This document shows positions 57,441-64,000 of a stretch of DNA of 64,000 nucleotides, in pieces (positions within the stretch are counted from its first letter, which is position 1; every line of letters begins with the position of its first letter). The DNA is from Macrostomum lignano. Its lineage: Eukaryota. Made by a program: the position numbers and the translations under genes. The notes beneath the pieces were generated by a model, which did not search any database, had not been told where the DNA came from, and saw nothing but the letters and a program-made list of their open reading frames with translations. The stretch covers positions 64,972 through 128,971 of the forward strand of contig NIVC01002514.1 in the NCBI GenBank assembly GCA_002269645.1, given 5' to 3'.

Positions 57441-59750
57441 GTCATATATGGCTGAATTTCAAATAATGCCTCTTTACTTTAAACTTAGTCTTAATTTTTT
57501 ATTAAACTACTTAGTTTTTTTATATTATTATATCAATAATCAATGTTGCTAGGCCTATATATTTTAGATTTTTTGATATGCTTTGTAAATATACATGTGC
57601 AACCCCTTGATTTACACTGGCCATATAACTTGCTTTTTGACTAAAAATGTGACTTACCTATGAAAGAAGCCTTATACTTGAATTTGAAGCAAAATTAATA
57701 CAATTATATAAAAACAATGGGAATAACTATAAGTATCTTATTAAGGCTAAATGGCAAATGCTTTGTCATCTAATTAGTCTGTCTTTTTTGCTGGGTATTT
57801 CTACAATTTACTCTTGGTCTACTACAATTTACAGTGGCTAGTTTGCCAAGTTGACCAGCAGTTGTATAAATATGTTTGTAAAACTATACAAGTGTAAAAA
57901 CTAAGATAGAGGCATATCAATATGGCTTTAGGCTTTAGCCAAAGTCATCATATTCAAGATAATTATAATCTGTTAATCAATATTATATAATTATATTAAT
58001 ATTTAGTTTAGGCCTAGGCTAGGCTAGGCCCTATGCACTAATAATAATTCAATTACAATAAATTGTTTCAATAAGAATATTTTACAAAATTTTAACAGCA
58101 ATTTAAAGAACAAATTGTATATTGAAAACAAACAGCAGAAAATTCAGATTTTATGATATCACTATCAGCATCAAAATTATATTATGAATAGGTATATGCC
58201 TACTATACACTGTCTATTAGGCCTATACCTCAATCCAGGCAGATGATGAGATGATCATTAATGCCCAAGTTGAGCCAGGTCTGGCAAGTGCAAAAACAAC
58301 TTATAGACTCTAAAATATTTCAGATTCTGATTAACTATGAAGAATATGATGGGCCTTGGTTTAATAGAACATAGGTCTATAGTAGTTATAAAACTATAAA
58401 ACAAGAAACAACAATGACCAGGCCGAATTATAATATAGCTGTAGCTGTAGGCTTGGGCTATGGCCTATGAATATGACATCATAAGAGACCACGTGCTTTT
58501 TAAAAATAACAGTACATACTTCAAATGAATTGTTAACAAGCATGAAAATATTAGTTCCAGAATATCAGAATCGGTTCGGATCTTCCAAGAAAAACAGCAG
58601 TATAACTATTTAATTCTGTTGAATGTTTGACTGCCTTAACAAACTCACTTAGGCCCTAGCACAATTTTTCACTTTCTTCTTAGCGATTGTCATTCAATAA
58701 TAAAAACTTAATAGCACATATCTCCCTCTAGTTATGGAGACAAAAAGTTATACTTTACAAATTGGTTCTGGTTCTGGAACCAGAACAAGCAATATGAAAA
58801 GGCCCATTGTTGTACTGAGGGCCGTCAGTGCACAGGGACGTTTCGGTGAACGGACGTTTCGGCTAAAGCCGCTGAAGTAGCCTTTTCGGTTAAAAATTCT
58901 TAATAAAAGAATAGAAAAAATCAAAAATAAAATACTCTTTTGAAAGTTTGAACTTTTTAGCAAAAAATAGACTATTATAGAGCTGTTAAGAAAACTTTAT
59001 TTGTTTTAATGTGAAAAATAATTTAAATTTTCCGCTGACCCGAGAGTCGGACCGAACTTTCGGGAGAAAGTGACGTTGATCCTTTACTGCGGCGTGATTT
59101 TGGCGTGAAAGGTCCCCGTACAGCAATCCGACGTTGGCGCCGTTAGTCGACTCTGTAGAATGTACATGTTTATGACAGACATGTACATGTACTATTCATT
59201 TCTTTGTCGACTTCCACCGACTTCAACGGCCACCCCGGATTGCTGTACAGAATGACTGTGGTGTTGTGAATTTATCCATAAATATAAATTCCCGCTCCTC
59301 ACCACTGCATGGGTGAGTGTCACTGCAAACAGTTTGAATTTGACACTCTACTAGATGCACGCAATAAGCTCCTAAATGCGTGCATACAACAAGAAATGAT
59401 GCAGCTATATGCATGTAGGTTCAGATGTGAGATAAAGTAGCACACGTTCGGTTAAAAATGGACGAATGTAATCTTCGTCGATTCCATCACAATCTACGCG
59501 AAATTTTCTTTGTATCCATTTTTGTTTTCTATTTTCGCGTACTCTTATTTCATAATTTATATCCGAAACCCAACCTTGAACCGAAACGTCCAGTTTCTCT
59601 CTCGATGAACTATTATCCTAAAAGTCTGTTAACGAAACGTTTGGTTTCCCCGTGCCAACTGTGGTAACTTGGCCTGCGTGCGCGCCGGGCGGGTGCTGGG
59701 TTAAGTTGTTTTGATGTCTCAATTACTCCCGCTGTAAATGATATATTCTT

Positions 59751-59890
59751 CTGCACTATTTTTGAGTGTGGTAATGACATTAACACTCAAAAATAGTGCA
59801 GTAGAAACATTGCTATGCACTTTTGGTGACAATAACACGCGCGTAGGATGCGTGTTAATGTCATTTTGGACATTAACACGCAACGGCAAT
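59751..59890. other. Perfect 19-bp-stem hairpin (59751-59769 / 59783-59801) followed by further inverted ACATTAACAC motifs
   Basis: CTGCACTATTTTTGAGTGT-13 nt-ACACTCAAAAATAGTGCAG. Confidence 0.85.
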
Positions 59891-60296
59891 TGAAACATTG
59901 AACAAAGGGTAAATTTTTTTTATGTTAGAAAACCATCAAAAACTGTTCAACAAAGAAATCGTATGTTAATCAGTTAATACAAGGCCTACACAGAAACGTC
60001 ACTCAAAAAGAATATTGATCAGATTGCGCCTGCCGCCAATGGTCACTTTCATCTTCTTTGATGGAGCAGCCCTGCACACGTAGTGCGCCGTCGGTCTGGA
60101 CAGGCTCTTGATAAACATCCGCACATTCCTCCATCGTAGCCTCGCTTATTGTGATTGTATTTTGGACGAGGTAGCTTAACGATCAATTATTATTGACATT
60201 AGTTTCGGAAACTGTATGATTCAGCGCCTGATCCACAGCCAGAGATGCCCTATACAAACTTCGATCACGTCGCCTCGATAAGTAGCGCTTAACAGT

Positions 60297-60736
60297 TCAC
60301 TCACACTTTCGCCCAGTTATGAGCAAGATCTCCTGGATAGTCTGGCCACAGGCATCCAGGTGGCACGCTCTAGTTACTCTGCAGTTTAAGAAAAGTAGGC
60401 AACTGATTTGTCTAGATGCAAATGTGTTCACAGAGAAACATTATGAATATGGTGGGCATAAGTGCAGGTCAAACTACCTACCGTATGCAGCGGTCGGTGT
60501 ACACCTTAGTAAGGCCTGCTTTCTCACTGACGTTCTTCATAAACTCAAGAAGATAGCGAAAGCCTCTAGCAGCTTTTCTCGGAAAATCTATAGCGGTTCG
60601 CTGCATCTCGACTGTCTATTTAATGACCTTGGGCATGATCGGATGTTACTCATGAAATCTCACCATTCGGCATAGCTCCGTAGTGAAATAGAGGAGGCAG
60701 AACTTCTGCCACTGTAGTTGGCTCTGCGTCAGCCAT
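60297..60736 (-). pseudogene. Spliced Crypton/DUF3504-like tyrosine-recombinase C-terminal mini-ORF (exons 60664-60736, 60482-60611, 60297-60378; 94 aa), or a degenerate remnant
   Basis: The spliced product reads ...FMKNVSEKAGLTKVYTDRCIR|VTRACHLDACGQTIQEILLITGRKCE*TVKRY, resembling my recalled consensus MK..S..AGL...YTNH..R.T...L...G.....IM..TGH.S..S...Y. GT-AG introns of 52 and 103 bp keep frame. Recognised by eye, not by HMM. Confidence 0.6.
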
Positions 60737-61079
60737 GGCGATTTCGTTTGCGTAAATGAATTATGCAAGCAATCAAATCTGTTGTTTTTCTACTCAGCTC
60801 CCTTAAACCTTCCGTCTCCCTCTTTATGGGGTCAAAAAACTACAGTATGCATATTAATGTCGATGTGGGCCATAGACTAAAATTTATTTAAATTTCATTT
60901 TAGAAAGTGGGGGCTTCGCCCCCACACCCCCATTCTCACTCTCCCCCTCCTCGACTCCTTCCGGCGCCAACTAATGCCATAGACGAAAGCGCATAGCAAT
61001 GTACTTTGCGTGGGGTACGGTATTTAGGGTGAGTATAGGCGATCGATAATAAAATACGAGCTATATAGTTTCAGTAAAA

Positions 61080-64000
61080 ATCTGGCTTTTCGCAGCCTGC
61101 AATGTTGTGTGGCTTTTGTGTCACAAAGTTCTGACTTGAATTTATTTTACTGGTGACGAGGAAGCTGGCTGATGACCGCATACAGCGCAGACTCTTGCCG
61201 GAGACTGAGTTGGACCTGGACAGAGCACTATCGATCTCCAAGGCGGTGGAGCTGCTGGCAACCAAGGGCTGCAGATTGATCAAGGGCTCGTCCTCAGGAA
61301 CTCCACAAGCCGCCTCAGCAGCATCGGTAGACCAAATCAGCCAGACCAATGCGGTACATGTAGAGACTCGGCGACCAGCGAAAAGGTGTTTCATGTGCCT
61401 GTCAGCAAAACACCTGGCGACGAAGTGCCCTTTCATGAAGAAGGTCGACTGCTTCAAGTGTGGCAAGATGGGGCACACCGCTTTAGCCTGTCGAGGAGGC
61501 GCGGATTCGTCTGGAGCTGAGCCGCCGTCGCAAGTCGCAGCTGTGGAGGAGGACAGACAATACTGCGGCTCCCTGAACACTCTGCCCAGTGCAGCTGCCA
61601 AGGTCCCGCCGTACTTGTACCTGACCACGGTCCTGCTCAACGGAGTGTCCTGCCATATGGAGTTCGACACGGGCGCGGCTGTATCGTTGATCCGCTAGGG
61701 CCTGTCACGACCTGTCATGCTGGGTGGTGCTCCCGAGCTCAAGAGGACCCCGATTCAACTGCGGAACTACTGCGGACAGCCGGTCAGCGCACTCGGTCAG
61801 ATCAGCGTGTCTGCGGAGATTCCAGGTAAAGCCAAGCAGCTCCTTCCTCTTCTAGTGGTATCTGGATCCGGTTCCAGCCTCATCGGTAGGAACTGGCTGG
61901 CTGTGCTGCCGTTGAATTGGGGGAGCGTCAAGCAGCTGCCCGAAGCGTCGGCTCCAAAGGATCAGCAAGTGCAGAAGTTGCTCGAGAAGTTCAGCCCCGT
62001 TTTCTCGAGTGGTCTCGGCTGCTACACTGGTAAACCTCTGAAACTGCGAGTGAAGCCTGGGGCGCAACCCAAGTTCATGAAAGTGCGGCAGGTGATTTTC
62101 GCTTTGAAGTCCAAGGTAGAAGAGCAGCTCAAGGAGATCCAGCAGGGCATCTTGCAGCCGGTCTCCGATTCGGAGTATACGTCCCCAATCGTGCCGGTTC
62201 TGAAGTCGGACGGCGCCGTCAGAATCTGCGCGGATTTCAAGTGCACGGTAAACCAGGACGTGAAGATGGACTTCTACCCGCTGCCAAGGATTGAGGAGTT
62301 GTTCGCTGCAAGCTCCCGGCGGCCAAAAGTTTACCAAGCTGGACCTCAGCCAGGCATACATGCAGCTTCCGCTCGACGAAGAATCCCAGCGCCTGTGCAC
62401 CATCAACACCTCGAAGGGTTTGCTGAGGTATACGAGGCTACCGTTTGTAATCTCACCAGCAGTTTGAATTTTCCAGAGAACAATGGACGGCTTGCAGCAA
62501 GACGCACAGCATACGGCAACCTTTATTGATGACGTGCTGGTGACAGGCGCTGACGATACTGAGCACCTCGAGAATCTGGAGACCGTCTTGCAGCGCCTGA
62601 CGGATGCTGGGCTGAAGTGCCGGCTTGACAAATGCCGCTTTATGCAGAACTCGGTGTGCCTATTGGGGCATCAGATTGACGCCCAGGGCCTGCATCCGAT
62701 GAGTGACAAAGTCAACGCGATCGTTGACACGCCGATGCCAAAGGACGTCACGTAGTTGCGGAGTTTCTGGGACCTCCTCGATCGGTCGATTTCTGCCGAA
62801 TCTGTCCAGTGTGCTGGCTCCTCTGCACCGGCTGCTGGAGAAGGTAACGCGCTGATTCGGCTGCCGCTGCCGATGAAGTCAGTGGAGATGCCCTCACCGG
62901 CTGAGGTAGTGCTGCTCATCGACGCGTTCAATGAGGGACCTGTGACGGCTGCTCAGGTTCGCGGCTGGACAAGGCGGGACCCGCTGCTCAGTCGAGTGCT
63001 GCGGTTTGTTCAAGGTGGATGGCTGGAGCGTCGTCGGCTGGATGCGGAACTGCAGCCGTACGCCGTCAGGGCGGCAGAACTGAGCCTGGAGGACGGCTGC
63101 CTGCTGTGGGGCAACCGAGTCATTTTGCCGGTTTAGGGACAACAAACGCTGCTCGACTGTCTACATTAGAGCCACCAAGGAGCTTCAAAGATGAAATCCC
63201 TGGCCCGAGGATATTTCTGGTGGCCGGGATTGGACCAGGACATCGAGCATCGAGACATCGAGCATCAAGCATCAAGCCTGCGTCATCAGAACTGTCCGCC
63301 GCCAGCCCTTCTGCAGCCGTGGCCGTGGCCGGACAAGCCTTGGTCCCGAATCCACATGGACTACGCTGGACCAATCGAGGGAGAGATGCTGTTGGTGCTA
63401 GTGGACGCTCATTCGAATGGATTGAAGTCCACATTTGCCAGTCCGCACCAGTGCTGCCACAGTCGATCGGCTCAGGACTTTCAGTCAGTTGAGATTGCCG
63501 GAGGTAGTGGTGAGCGACACCGGGCCGAATTTCGTGAGCAAGAGATGAGCAACTGTTTGACCAGCAACGAACGGCATCCGGCGCATCAAGGTGTCTCCAT
63601 TATCCATCGTCCAACGGATTGGCCGAGCGAGCAGTCCAGACGGTAAAGGCGGCCCTGGCGAAGGGGCAGCCCGCGTCCCTGCAGTTCCGGCTAGCGCGGT
63701 TCTGTTGACCTACCGGATCACTCGGCACAGCACAAAACCGGCGCTCCACCCTGCCAGCTGATGATGAGCAGGCAGCTGCGGACGCTTCTAGACATCCTGC
63801 GGCCCGACGTCTCTGTTACAGTCAGGCGCAGCCAGGATTCGCAAAAGAAGTACCACGACCTGCGAGCCAGGGATCGCAACTTCGAAGAAGGCGACGGGTC
63901 CTGGTACGCGCCTTCACTGGTCCGGAAAGTGGGCGCCAGCCTTCATGAGCCGCCAGACCGGGCCGCTGTCCTACGAATGCCTCCTGCCGACGAGCACGTT
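61080..64000 (+). mobile_element. Ty3/gypsy LTR retrotransposon internal region (gag-PR-RT-IN), disabled, runs off the window
   Basis: Two gag CCHC knuckles, protease FDTGAAVSLI, RT (SPIVPVLKSDGAVRICADF, FIDDVLV), integrase (ARGYFWWPG, PWSRIHMDYAGP); stops, frameshifts, RNase H missing; no LTR recognised. Confidence 0.92.

Overview
Eukaryotic (metazoan) genomic DNA: GC-rich spliced exons sit among AT-rich or minisatellite-filled introns, with TTAGGG-type motifs. The texture resembles the flatworm Macrostomum, but that is an inference I cannot verify. Most long ORFs in the supplied track are artefacts of stop-free tandem repeats. I reconstructed gene models by hand from splice signals and frame continuity: (1) an orphan gene on the minus strand (930-6055, 5' end not found); (2) a secreted PAN/Apple plus ConA/LamG-like protein (8634-10250); (3) a secreted ~917-aa protein with 7 near-identical WSC domains, encoded by a 716-bp tandem exon-pair array that repeats a GC-AG intron (21311-27485); (4) a single-pass membrane gene with a duplicated TM exon upstream; (5) a TUT4/TUT7-like uridylyltransferase (1472 aa); (6) N6AMT1/HEMK2. 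Mobile DNA includes two 9-bp-TSD (Mutator-type) elements, a hAT-type MITE, a head-to-tail array of four Helitron-like units, a mariner with one premature stop, and two decayed Ty3/gypsy elements. Two signals are absent from the ORF track: a spliced Crypton/DUF3504-like tyrosine-recombinase mini-gene or remnant (60297-60736), and a ~4 kb domain largely stripped of CpG (54500-58423).
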